Under the pieces are notes generated by a model. That model was given only the letters and a program-made list of their open reading frames with translations. It had not been told where the DNA came from and ran no database searches. Positions 40,128 through 49,337 of a stretch of 64,000 bases of DNA are shown one piece after another; the stretch's first letter is position 1; every line of letters starts with the position of its first letter. Source of the stretch: Promethearchaeota archaeon (GTDB taxonomy: Archaea > Asgardarchaeota > Lokiarchaeia > Sigyniarchaeales > SOKP01); assembly GCA_016839585.1 (NCBI GenBank), contig JAEOTZ010000017.1, forward strand, positions 34,973 to 98,972, in the 5' to 3' direction. Position numbers and translations under genes: made by a program.

Positions 40128-41936
40128 ATGGATTTATTACCTAAAGTATTTCAAACAGAGGGTGATATGGCTGAATTTGATCCTTCAAAAATTCTTAATA
40201 GCATTATTAAAGAAACAAAAATGAGTGAAGAAGATGCTAAGCATATAACAGAGCTTGTAGTACGGAGAATAATAAGTTCAGGCATAAAATTTCTTTCTGG
40301 CCCCCATATAAGAGAAATAGTTTGTTCAATGCTTTCAGAGAATCACTTTGAGCAAGAGCGAAAACTTTATACCCGTATTGGTATGCCACTAATGGATTAT
40401 GAAGAAATCCTTGAAAAAGGACGAAAACCAATAACTGTAGAGTTAATTAATCCCGAAAAAGTACATCATTGGGCAGCAGATCAATTAGCTGAAGAATACA
40501 CATTATTAAGAATTTTAGATGATAATGAGGCTAAAGCGCATTTATATGGAGATATCCATATTCATAAACTTAAATATTTTGACTTAAGACCACTAAGTCA
40601 AATCTGGGATCCACGAATAATCTTAAAGAATGGTATACCTCCTATAATAAATAAGTTTATATGTTGTAAATCAGGACCAGCTGATAATTTCAACATTGCA
40701 ATTCAGCACCTTTCCAAATGGTTAAGCTTAATTCAAAGTGAATTTTGTGGGAATCAAGGATTTCCTGCTATAACTACTTATCTTGCTCCTTATATAAAGG
40801 GTTTATCTAACGAAAAAATAGCTAATGGAATACGGGAATTAGTCTATGAATTTAATCAATTGCCCACAATAATTGGTCGCAATATTTCAAAAACATTTAT
40901 ATCAGCTTCATCATTTATCCTTGAAGATCTCTCCGAATATCCTGCAATAGGTCCCTATGGAAAAATCAAAGGGGTATATGGCGATTATAATGATGAATGT
41001 TTAAAACTATTTAATACTCTTACTAACGTCTTTATTAAAGGAGATTTTTTAGGTAATTCATTTAATTTTTTAAAACATCAAATATTTTTTACTGAAAAAT
41101 CGTTAGATGATTTTGATTCAGCCTATTCAAAGGTTTGGGAAGAGATCAAAAAAGTGAAAACACCTTATCTTCTAAATTTATGTTCTAATTGGTTTAAAAC
41201 TAAATTAAAAAATCAAATAAATTTACTTAATAGCTCTAATATTGGGGTACTACAAAGTATTTGTTTAAATCTACCAAGATTTGCCTATATCGCGAAGGAA
41301 GAAGATAAATATATGGAAATCTTAGAGGAAAAAATGAAGTTTTGCTCTGCTATATTATTAAAAAAATATGATATAATAAGAAAAAGATTGAACACAAATC
41401 ATTTGCCTTTTTGTAGTGGTTTTATTAATAATCACCATCTTTTTGATTTGAAAAATCAAAATTTATCAATAAGCTTTGTCGGCTTAAATGAAACAGTGAA
41501 AATTCTAACCGATTATGAATTACATGAACATTCCGAAGCATATAATTTAGGAAAGAAAATTTTAAAGAAAATGATTCAAACTTGTGAAGAACTATCTTCT
41601 AAAGAAGGTAAAAATTATTCGCTTATTGAAAATTCATCAAAAAAAGCATTAAATAGATTTGTCAGATTAGATTTAAAACATTTTCCAAAATTAGCAATAC
41701 CTTATTCTAAAGGAAAAAGAAAATATTATACTAATTCTGCTCATTTTCGAGAGAATATAGAAATTGATTTATATGAGAAAGTGATTAAGCAAGGAGAATA
41801 CCACCCGTTAATTCAAAATGAAATTTTTGAACAAATTTCACTTAATGAACTTGATAAAAACAATATCAATTTAAAAGATTTCGTAAAAAAGATTTGTAAC
41901 ACCTCAAAAATAGCATGTTTGAAATTTTTTCCTTAA
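40128..41936 (+). CDS. Degenerate anaerobic ribonucleotide reductase (NrdD-like) with ATP cone, lacking the glycyl-radical domain
   Basis: ATP cone FDPSKI...IRE, YTRIGMP, HLYGDIHIH, NLPR, GLNE, YYTNS; ends with no CxxC or RxxGY. Confidence 0.8.
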   Translation: MDLLPKVFQTEGDMAEFDPSKILNSIIKETKMSEEDAKHITELVVRRIISSGIKFLSGPHIREIVCSMLSENHFEQERKLYTRIGMPLMDYEEILEKGRKPITVELINPEKVHHWAADQLAEEYTLLRILDDNEAKAHLYGDIHIHKLKYFDLRPLSQIWDPRIILKNGIPPIINKFICCKSGPADNFNIAIQHLSKWLSLIQSEFCGNQGFPAITTYLAPYIKGLSNEKIANGIRELVYEFNQLPTIIGRNISKTFISASSFILEDLSEYPAIGPYGKIKGVYGDYNDECLKLFNTLTNVFIKGDFLGNSFNFLKHQIFFTEKSLDDFDSAYSKVWEEIKKVKTPYLLNLCSNWFKTKLKNQINLLNSSNIGVLQSICLNLPRFAYIAKEEDKYMEILEEKMKFCSAILLKKYDIIRKRLNTNHLPFCSGFINNHHLFDLKNQNLSISFVGLNETVKILTDYELHEHSEAYNLGKKILKKMIQTCEELSSKEGKNYSLIENSSKKALNRFVRLDLKHFPKLAIPYSKGKRKYYTNSAHFRENIEIDLYEKVIKQGEYHPLIQNEIFEQISLNELDKNNINLKDFVKKICNTSKIACLKFFP

Positions 41937-42059
41937 TAAAATTATAAACCCTTAATTTTTTAGAAAAAAGATAATTTAATAGTAATAATTTTCTTAGGTA
42001 TATTAGTATAATATTATGAATTAAATTCATGCTCTTTTAATTATAAAACTAGGGATAAA

Positions 42060-43523
42060 TTGCCTAAATCAAATTTAAAATCAAAAGAAAGTAAAGCAAC
42101 TGAAGAAAAGCCAAATGAAAAAAAAGAGAACATAATAAAATCAATTGTTTTAAGTATTTTTGATGAGAATGGCCCTACTCCAAAATTATATTGGCCTCAG
42201 GAGTTAGATGATAAAGCCCGTTTCTCCATCGCAATGAAAACAATCTCACTTTTAATGGGAGAGAGCACTTACCAAAACGGAACTGAAACAGAAGGGATTA
42301 ATTATTTTGGAATCCTACCCTTTCCTGATTTAAAGTTAAACGGTTTGACTTACTTTTTTTTGATCCCTGAAGCAAAAGCGCGGGGGCAAGCTTTAGCATC
42401 AACAATCACAGTTTTAATAGATGAAGAGGATAAGGTATTTTTCTATGAAAATATGAAATATTTACGGATTATTATTGATAGAGCAGCTACAAGAATACAA
42501 GATTCTAATAATCCTAGTGAATATAAGGAGATTTTGGCTAATTTGAGAGTAGAATTGTTTGAATTTACTAAAGAATTAAAAGATCCTTTATCTCCTAGAA
42601 GACAAATAAAAATTTTATTAACAGGCCTCGATAAAGCTGGTAAAACAAGTTTTCTTTATGGAGTAAAGAGAAAATACTCTGAAATTATCAAATCACTTCC
42701 TACTAAAGGAGTTGATAGGACAGAAGAAAAAATTTTTGAGGAACAAAACTCTACTATTACTATTTGGGATTTAGGAGGACAAAAACAATATAGAGAAAGA
42801 TTCCTTGAACAAGGAAAGGTTTATATATATAATATTGACTTGATGTTCTTTTTTATTGATATACAGGATATTGAAAGAATTAAGGAAGCACTATCTCTAT
42901 TTAAAAATATATTGAATTCATTGAAAGAATTAGATGAGTATCCACCAATTGTAGTTTGTTTAAATAAATTTGATCCAGATTTGAAAGGTTCTAAAGAAAT
43001 ATTTGAAAGTTTAGAAGTTATAGCAGATGAAATCAACGAAAATACTGATACTTTTTTCATAAAAATTTTTCAGACATCTATTTTTGATCATTGGTCATTA
43101 ATTACTGCTTACTCTTATGGTTTATCACAGTTAAGTCCAAACCGGGAATTATTTAGGAATCAATTAAGAAAATTCGCGAAGAAAATAAACTCAGATTCAA
43201 TATTATTGCTAAATGAAAATGGTATTATATTATCAACCTATTCAAAATCTGAAATTTACGAGAAGGTATTTGAAATTTCAGCACCTCATTTTGAAACTTT
43301 ATATAAAACATTCAAAGAATTTAAACTATTGAAGAAAGATTTTATTGTATCATCAGGAATAACTGATGAATCCAAAAAAGTAGTCTTTAAAAAGATTATT
43401 GTCGAAAAGTACAATTTGTATTTACTTCTCTTTATAGAAAAGACTCTTGATCTAGAAAAAATTGAGAAAAACTTACCTAATTTTTCAAAGAATCTTATTG
43501 ATTTAATTCATACGTATATTTAG
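42060..43523 (+). CDS. uDENN/longin + Arf/Rag-like GTPase + roadblock fusion
   Basis: VLSIFDENGPTP...EAKARG; GLDKAGKTS, WDLGGQ, NKFD, TSIF; LLLNENGIILS. Confidence 0.87.
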   Translation: MPKSNLKSKESKATEEKPNEKKENIIKSIVLSIFDENGPTPKLYWPQELDDKARFSIAMKTISLLMGESTYQNGTETEGINYFGILPFPDLKLNGLTYFFLIPEAKARGQALASTITVLIDEEDKVFFYENMKYLRIIIDRAATRIQDSNNPSEYKEILANLRVELFEFTKELKDPLSPRRQIKILLTGLDKAGKTSFLYGVKRKYSEIIKSLPTKGVDRTEEKIFEEQNSTITIWDLGGQKQYRERFLEQGKVYIYNIDLMFFFIDIQDIERIKEALSLFKNILNSLKELDEYPPIVVCLNKFDPDLKGSKEIFESLEVIADEINENTDTFFIKIFQTSIFDHWSLITAYSYGLSQLSPNRELFRNQLRKFAKKINSDSILLLNENGIILSTYSKSEIYEKVFEISAPHFETLYKTFKEFKLLKKDFIVSSGITDESKKVVFKKIIVEKYNLYLLLFIEKTLDLEKIEKNLPNFSKNLIDLIHTYI

Positions 43524-43555
43524 ACTTTCAAAATAGATATAATAAAAAAAAAGAT

Positions 43556-44848
43556 TTAATATTCATAATAAATAACTTCTTTTTTACGTTTTCTTTTTAT
43601 AGTTATAGTTAAGATTATAGCAACTAAAGCGATAACTATAGCAGCAATTATAATAATAGTAGTAATAAGCGTAAGTGTTTCAAACGTTTTTAGATTAGTA
43701 TCTAAAACTTTAACTTTTAATTCATAATCAAATTGAAAATTAGGTGTTGGTAGAAAATATTCATAATATAAGGTTGGATTTGAAAATTCACTAAAATTGT
43801 ATGAAGGGGGATAAAAAAAGTAAGCACCAATATTATGAGTTAAATGTTGATAATCTATCTGATTAAAGTAATTTGCTCCTGATACGCCCCAAGTAGGATC
43901 ACATGCTATCCAGCCAATATTTGGTACATAATATTCCATCCAAGCATGTCCAAGGGGAGGATTAGTACCTGAAAATGGACTTCCCGCTGTAGCATGTAGA
44001 TCAAAAGTCCAGCTATCTCCTTTCTTAGGTTTAAAGTTTAATGAGGCTGAAATGCAGTTACCTGTGACTTTTCGGGCGGGAATTTCTTGAATTCTCAATA
44101 ATGTAATCATTAAGCTGGAATATTCTGAGCAATCACCTCTTAGATTTTCATATGCCCAAGAGGCGCCCCTCTCGACACTCTGAGTTTGATAGTTAATGTT
44201 TGAGCTTACCCAATAATATATCTTTTGCGCTTTCTCAATAGGATTATCTCCAAAATCTACTAAGCTATTTGATAAGGATATTAGTAATGGATCACTAGTA
44301 TTATAGAATGGTTCTGTGTTATTACAATATAATATAAATATTGGATCAGAAGTATCATAAGGTCCAATATCTGAATCTGAAATCCCTGAAATAGAAATAT
44401 CATTCAGAGTTACTCTATATTTTGAACTATATGTAATAGAACCTGAACCAGTAATCGTTCTATTGAAAGAATCGTAAGTATTATTAAATCTATCATTATG
44501 ATTTGAAAGAATTGTATCATATCCAGAAATATCTAAATACAATAACTCTGATTCTTGGTAAGGTGGAGTAAATCGTGTCAAAGTGTTATTTGGCTGTCGG
44601 TCGTTTAATCGTGCATATTTAAAATAATAATTCACATTATTTCCAGATGATTGCTGAACAGAGAAATTAGTCTCAATGTCATATGTTACATAATTATTGA
44701 TTGTATAATTTGATACACCACTGCTTGTTGATAATGTTGGAAAAGGATGATTGAAGATTTCAGTAGGTGCCGAAATTGTTAGAGTTGTTGAAAATATCCA
44801 AGGAAAAATAAATAAAAATACAATAAAAAATGACTTTTTAACTTTCAT
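43556..44848 (-). CDS. Membrane-anchored transglutaminase-like (TGc) protein
   Basis: Signal peptide; GDCSEY, HAWMEY, CDPTW (Cys-His-Asp); C-terminal TM followed by KRKRKK. Confidence 0.88.
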   Translation of the reverse strand: MKVKKSFFIVFLFIFPWIFSTTLTISAPTEIFNHPFPTLSTSSGVSNYTINNYVTYDIETNFSVQQSSGNNVNYYFKYARLNDRQPNNTLTRFTPPYQESELLYLDISGYDTILSNHNDRFNNTYDSFNRTITGSGSITYSSKYRVTLNDISISGISDSDIGPYDTSDPIFILYCNNTEPFYNTSDPLLISLSNSLVDFGDNPIEKAQKIYYWVSSNINYQTQSVERGASWAYENLRGDCSEYSSLMITLLRIQEIPARKVTGNCISASLNFKPKKGDSWTFDLHATAGSPFSGTNPPLGHAWMEYYVPNIGWIACDPTWGVSGANYFNQIDYQHLTHNIGAYFFYPPSYNFSEFSNPTLYYEYFLPTPNFQFDYELKVKVLDTNLKTFETLTLITTIIIIAAIVIALVAIILTITIKRKRKKEVIYYEY

Positions 44849-44922
44849 TTCCCTAAATTGGTTTTATTAATATTTATTAAATCAATATAAATTTGAACAT
44901 TTAATTTTAATCATTTAAATTT

Positions 44923-45630
44923 ATGCGAGCATTCAAAAGAAAGTATTTTTATTATCATAGTAAAAAAAAATTAGATTTTTCTATTTCAACCTTGATCTAT
45001 AAAGTATATTTAATTGATGGAGATAGCTCGATTTCCCTTTTAGAATTAACATTCAGAGAATTAAAGGAAATTCAAGATGATATTTTAACAGGCTTTTTCA
45101 ATGCAATTAATAAAACAATTGATCTTATCCATGACGCGATGGCTAAAGGGAGGCGTGTAAATGAAATGAATAGAGTCTTAGGATCAGAAGATTCAACTAT
45201 TTTTATTTATTATCATCCTATATCACGGGTTTTATTCTGTTCTATTTCTGATGCCGATGATAATACTGAAAAAATCAAAGAAGTAATTCATAAAATAGCA
45301 AATCGCTTTTGGAAAAAACATAAATCTGATCTTAAAATTTATAGATTAACAACAGAAAAAAGTATGTTTAACACCTTAAAAGCAGATATTGAGAATTTAA
45401 CCATTGGGGGGCATGTTGCCGAGGAATTTCCTAAATTATTAGTTGTAAAAAATGTATTAGAAAAAGTTCTTTCAATGGGAATGATATCAGACTTTGATTT
45501 TCAAGTTGCGATACAATGCACTGGTAAAAATTCACCACTTAAAATCTCAAGAATATTAGATAAAAAGCGATCAGAAATAAACGATGTACTAAAGAAATTA
45601 GAACAGCTTGATATAATAAAGATTAAATAA
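44923..45630 (+). CDS. Longin-like domain + C-terminal wHTH-like protein (start possibly TTG 44992)
   Basis: IYKVYLID...DDILTGFFNAI; C-term KISRILD---SEINDVLKKLEQLDII. Confidence 0.65.
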   Translation: MRAFKRKYFYYHSKKKLDFSISTLIYKVYLIDGDSSISLLELTFRELKEIQDDILTGFFNAINKTIDLIHDAMAKGRRVNEMNRVLGSEDSTIFIYYHPISRVLFCSISDADDNTEKIKEVIHKIANRFWKKHKSDLKIYRLTTEKSMFNTLKADIENLTIGGHVAEEFPKLLVVKNVLEKVLSMGMISDFDFQVAIQCTGKNSPLKISRILDKKRSEINDVLKKLEQLDIIKIK

Positions 45631-45646
45631 AAAGAAAAAATAAGGT

Positions 45647-46990
45647 TTAATTTTTCCTAAATTTTTTTATAATAACTGCTATTATCAAAATACTTGTAGT
45701 AGTAAAAACGAATAGTTCATATCCAGGAATTTCAAAACCATTACCATCACCATTACTAGGCTCACTTTCTTGCGTAATTTTCATCAAAAACATATCAGAT
45801 AGAACAGGAAATACAGATGTATCCAAAGTTTCTCCAACAAGATAGATATTATCAGATGAGTCTAAAGCTATATTTCGACACCAATCTCTTATATCACTAT
45901 CTGAAGTTGCATTCCATGTAAAGTTCCATTGATAATTTCCAATGGAGTTATATTTTAACAACGCTACATCTATATTTAAATCTGGTGCCGTTGTAAAACC
46001 AGCAACATAGATATTATTATTCGAATCAATTGCTATTCCATAACCTTCATCGCTATTTGTTAAACCCCAATTTTTAAACCACTGTGAATTTAAATCAGAA
46101 TCATATTTAAGAATTATGATATTATGATTTCCAGTTAAATTGGTATAACCAGTAATATATACATTGTCATTTGAATCTATTGCTATACTTTTGCCTTGAT
46201 CGTCATTGCTTGGGTCAAAAATTCTATAATCTTCAAAGTTCCCAGAGTTATTGTATTTTACTGTCAAAATATCATTCCCAACAAAATCAATATAACCAGT
46301 AATATATACATAACCCGAGGAATCTACCGCAACGTCATAACCTCCTTCGAAATCAGTTCCCCCATAAACATCTGACCATTCAAGATCACCAGAAGAATTA
46401 TATTTTAATATAACAATATCTTCAAAATTTCCTCCATTATAAGAGTGACCGGTTACATAAATATAATCATCTTTATCAATGAATAATGCCCAACCATTAT
46501 CTGAAGCACCCCCATTCCATGTTACATTCCAAATTTCCTCTCCATTCTGATCAAATTTAATTAGTAAAACATCATAATTACCTTCTTTATTTGTAGCACC
46601 TGCAATATAGACATAACCTTGAGAATCTATAGAAATATCTCTACCCCTATGATATCCTGCAGGATCCCAGGTCTTATTCCATATACAAACACCTGAACTT
46701 GAATACATTGACAATAAAACTCCATCTGGATACCCTCCAGGTGGTCCTGTTAGATTATTGCCAGTAATATATACATTCCCTGTTACGTTATTTATAGCGA
46801 CTCCATGGCCATAATCTCTATCGTACTTATCCCAAATATCAACCCATTCTTTTTCCTGAGAGGTGTTTGGGGCAACTTCTATACTTAAATCTGTAATTTT
46901 TCCTGCATTCTGAGTAGAGGAGTGGTTATTTAGAATTAAGCATACCATTACAATTATTCCAATAATTGATAAACTCTTTTTAATTGACAA
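45647..46990 (-). CDS. SBBP beta-propeller surface protein with IPGY-type C-terminal sorting signal
   Basis: SBBP repeats; linker, then EIPGYELFVFTTTSILIIAVIIKKFRKN. Confidence 0.87.
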   Translation of the reverse strand: MSIKKSLSIIGIIVMVCLILNNHSSTQNAGKITDLSIEVAPNTSQEKEWVDIWDKYDRDYGHGVAINNVTGNVYITGNNLTGPPGGYPDGVLLSMYSSSGVCIWNKTWDPAGYHRGRDISIDSQGYVYIAGATNKEGNYDVLLIKFDQNGEEIWNVTWNGGASDNGWALFIDKDDYIYVTGHSYNGGNFEDIVILKYNSSGDLEWSDVYGGTDFEGGYDVAVDSSGYVYITGYIDFVGNDILTVKYNNSGNFEDYRIFDPSNDDQGKSIAIDSNDNVYITGYTNLTGNHNIIILKYDSDLNSQWFKNWGLTNSDEGYGIAIDSNNNIYVAGFTTAPDLNIDVALLKYNSIGNYQWNFTWNATSDSDIRDWCRNIALDSSDNIYLVGETLDTSVFPVLSDMFLMKITQESEPSNGDGNGFEIPGYELFVFTTTSILIIAVIIKKFRKN

Positions 46991-47204
46991 GTTTTTAACC
47001 CTTTTCTGAAATTTTTTTAATAAATCTTGATATATAATCTTCTATTTGCTTAATTATTAAAAATTTACATTTCTCTTACTGATTTATTTTAATCTTTTTT
47101 TTAGATATTTTTTCAGTAGAATTTATGGTTTTACTATTTTTAATAGAAAAGAATAAAAACTTTATAATTTTATCTAAATTACATTACTGATATATCAAAA
47201 CTGT

Positions 47205-47804
47205 GTGGAAAGTATGGAAAGTAAACAGAAACATATTGCTATAGTAAAAAGCCCCGCTAAAGATGGACATACCAGAAAAGGAAAAGGATTTTCTCTAAAA
47301 GAAATTAAAGAAGCTGGGAAGACTATTGAATCATTAAAAAAATTAAATATTCAAATAGACTTCTTTAGAAAATCTGCACTCATGGAGAATATTGAAAAAC
47401 TAAAATCAATTGAAATACCGAAAGAAAAAAGAAAGAAAAGACAGCCATTTGTTAAGAAAGAAAAAAAACCAACTCCATTCAAACTTAAAGTAGAGAAACC
47501 TAAGGCAAAACCCGCGAAGAAAGTAGGTGTCACTCCGAAAAAACCTGTAATAAAAGAAAAACCAAAACCAATTAAGAAAGAGAGAGTTAAAAAAGAAAAA
47601 ATAACTGTTGAACCTATAGGAGTCCCCCTAACACGATTATCAGGATTAGGTGCTGCAACTGCCAAGAAATTTATAGAACTTGGAGTTAATAATGTAGAAG
47701 AACTTAGCAAGGAAAATCCTGAAGAATTAGCCACCTTAATTAAAGGTGTTTCAGAAGAAAGATTAAAAAAATGGATTGAAGAAGCTATAGAGTTAATCAA
47801 GTAG
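47205..47804 (+). CDS. rpl13e: Ribosomal protein eL13-like domain fused to a Lys/Pro linker and helix-hairpin-helix domain
   Basis: RKGKGFSLKEIKEAG...IDFFRKS---ENIEKL (eL13 pattern); LTRLSGLGAATAKKFIELGV (HhH). Confidence 0.7.
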   Translation: MESMESKQKHIAIVKSPAKDGHTRKGKGFSLKEIKEAGKTIESLKKLNIQIDFFRKSALMENIEKLKSIEIPKEKRKKRQPFVKKEKKPTPFKLKVEKPKAKPAKKVGVTPKKPVIKEKPKPIKKERVKKEKITVEPIGVPLTRLSGLGAATAKKFIELGVNNVEELSKENPEELATLIKGVSEERLKKWIEEAIELIK

Positions 47805-47956
47805 TTTAGAATTTTTTATTTTTAATTTGAAGTGTGATAATTAAATTGATAAATTAATCAAACAATTCAAATTATCTCTTTTTTAAGAAAAAATAAACTT
47901 TAAAAAATCTAAATATATGTTAAAAATAAGTTTTTTCTTAAAACTAATAATTAGGT

Positions 47957-48454
47957 GTGAATATGGAATACAATTACTATGTGTATAACAAACCAGAATG
48001 TAACGTTATAGTTAACAAAATGCCAAAATGGTATAGAGAAGTTAAATTTGAAGGGGATGAAACTCATGGTTCCATTACTTTTCATTCTCAAAATGATTAT
48101 GATGAAATTTGGGGTCCCAATTCAACACTAGAAATTAATTGGGAAAAAAAGGATAGAATGAACCTCTTTTATTACAAAGAAGTACAAAATTCAATAGATG
48201 TTTACAATGCCATCGGTTTAGTAGTTACAAAAAAAGAACAGGATTGGTTGCTAAGTCATGAACAAACAATTTGGTTTGGACAACGAAGAAAAATGATGAG
48301 AAAACGATACTATGTCGAAAAGGCAATTCATGTGATTTTTTATTGCGATATATCTGAAAGAATATTTAATGCCCATGCGATTGTAATAGGAAAACTATAT
48401 GAAAATTTTGAACTATTCATTTTAAAGGCATTTAATTCAATGGTATGTCATTAA
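47957..48454 (+). CDS. Hypothetical protein
   Basis: Long ORF with GGTG upstream; no recognised motif. Confidence 0.7.
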   Translation: MNMEYNYYVYNKPECNVIVNKMPKWYREVKFEGDETHGSITFHSQNDYDEIWGPNSTLEINWEKKDRMNLFYYKEVQNSIDVYNAIGLVVTKKEQDWLLSHEQTIWFGQRRKMMRKRYYVEKAIHVIFYCDISERIFNAHAIVIGKLYENFELFILKAFNSMVCH

Positions 48455-48484
48455 AGTTAAAATATGATGATTAAAATTCAATAA

Positions 48485-49231
48485 TTATAGTTTTTGGGCT
48501 AAGATAAAAAAATTATCTCGATTATTTGGTCCACCCAATATTTTAAATTCTTGAACTTTAAACGTTTTGATTAACTTCTTAATCTCACGCTTTGAAAAGA
48601 AATGATAAAACCTATTATATTTCTTTTTCTCATTCGATATTTTCCAAGAGACATATTTGTCTCCAAATTCATCTAATCCTTCCATATGTCGTTCTCTTTT
48701 ATACGTAGAACTAATTAATCTTCGAAACCAATCGTAAAAAAAATAACTTGTATACTTCTTTTGCCATTTACGCCATACAGTTATTATAATATAGCCATTA
48801 TATTTTAGTAAATTAAATAATTGCTTAATTGCACCTTGTCTTTCAAATTTATGTCTTATATGATGAATTGATGCAACTGAGAAAATGTTTTGTACTATAT
48901 TTAGTCTTATAGGTAGAAATCTTAGATCCGCAAGGACAATTTGTATAAAATTTATCTCATTATTAGTATATTGATCGCTATCCTTTAAACCTTCAAGAGC
49001 AATCTTTAAAATTTCAATTGAATTGTCAATTCCAATTAATTTAAAACTTTTTTTTTGTAATAATTTAAAATGTCTACCATTACCACATCCTAAATCAATA
49101 TTAAGTCCCTTAAAGGTATAGCCTTTCTTCTCTAAATATATTAAAAATGATTCAAAAGGTTTCCAAGGCTTTTTTCTTTTCAAATGATAATCTTTAGCAA
49201 TATGGTTAAAAAAGCAGTTTTCCATCAGCAA
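48485..49231 (-). CDS. Class I SAM methyltransferase, Trm9/ALKBH8-like
   Basis: IAKDYHLKRKKPW, DLGCGNG, SVASIHH---R, IITVW, RFYHFFSKRE. Confidence 0.8.
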   Translation of the reverse strand: MLMENCFFNHIAKDYHLKRKKPWKPFESFLIYLEKKGYTFKGLNIDLGCGNGRHFKLLQKKSFKLIGIDNSIEILKIALEGLKDSDQYTNNEINFIQIVLADLRFLPIRLNIVQNIFSVASIHHIRHKFERQGAIKQLFNLLKYNGYIIITVWRKWQKKYTSYFFYDWFRRLISSTYKRERHMEGLDEFGDKYVSWKISNEKKKYNRFYHFFSKREIKKLIKTFKVQEFKILGGPNNRDNFFILAQKL

Positions 49232-49337
49232 AACGCGTTTTCTTCTTTTTTAAGATTTTCAATATAAAACATAAATGTTTATATTGATTATAGATATAAG
49301 ATTAATAAATAAATTGCTCAATTAAGAAAATTGAAAG

